A DNA stretch of 64,000 nt from Octopus sinensis (Eukaryota): the NCBI RefSeq assembly GCF_006345805.1, contig NC_043017.1:28024001-28088000 (forward strand), written 5' to 3'. Below are positions 63,241 to 64,000 of the stretch, piece after piece. Positions within the stretch are counted from its first letter, which is position 1, and every line of letters begins with the position of its first letter. The notes beneath the pieces were generated by a model. It made no database searches and was not told where the DNA came from. It worked only from the letters and a program-made list of their open reading frames with translations. The translations under genes were made by a program, and so were the position numbers.

Positions 63241-64000
63241 AACCCACCCCAGGAAGCATTGCTTATGATATAAGCCAGATGAATCGCAGTAAGATTTATG
63301 AAAATACAACCCCCACACAAACACCCACCCACTCATTCAGATATACATACACACATACAGACACACACACACACATAGAGAGAGGAAATCTAAGTCGTAT
63401 ACTTCTCTTGACATATATGAATAGGTATGTACAATGAGTGCCTAGATCGGTTTACCACTAAATCTTCGGCTTGAAGTGCAAAGGGAATTCCTCGATTAAA
63501 GATCTCTGTTTCTATATCGCTTTACCTCGTCTTTCTGATGACGAAATACTTGGATTATGTGAATTCGTTACACATTAGCATGGTCTACTTGCCTAGGTAT
63601 TCCAGGAACCCCTATAAGAGACTTTACCCACCTGTCATGAGAGTTCTATGCTTAAGTTTTACTTTATTCTTACTTTTTACTGTAAATATTCTCCAGTGAC
63701 TCCAAATGCTTTGCTTGTCCATCTCCAACTTTTTTATCTATCTTTCTGTCCTTCTGTCCCGTCCATCCATCTGTCTGTCTACCTATCTATCTATCAGTCT
63801 ATCTATCTATCTATTTATTTATCTATATATCTATAAATTAAATAAGGGTAGAAATTGATATTAATCAATTAAAATCAGCAGCTTCGCATATTTTTAAAAA
63901 TCCAAATATTAAAAATTATATTACATACAAAATTAAGAGGAATGACCGGCAAAGTAGACTCCTAATATGACGTCTATCTTTAGCCTTATTAGGAGTCCAC

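Overview
AT-rich, repeat-saturated animal nuclear DNA, most likely an octopus (inferred from the SINE repertoire, the very high (TA/CA)n microsatellite load and a mollusc-type mitochondrial ND4 insertion). I found no credible host protein-coding exon; nearly all ORFs in the track are microsatellite or SINE read-through. The window holds about 45 copies or fragments of four tRNA-derived SINE families (my labels: B, with a central microsatellite; C, with an internally repeated 170-185 bp module; D, CORE-like; E), and three full-length non-autonomous Helitrons. It also holds a decayed DD41D-type Tc1/mariner transposase, two TIR MITEs, fragments of R4/Dong, HERO, CR1, RTE and Penelope-like retroelements, an ND4 NUMT, a ~60-bp 28S rRNA fragment, a 100-N gap and several fold-back palindromes. 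The most notable items are: (TA)n-embedded Penelope pLTR-like elements with hammerhead-ribozyme-like cores; SINE C copies turning locally into tandem arrays; an internal LINE fragment inserted into a CR1 with a 12-bp duplication; a Helitron with a private ~210-bp insert; and a chimeric SINE inside a 713-bp tandem duplication. Family assignments come from motif recognition by eye, not database searches.
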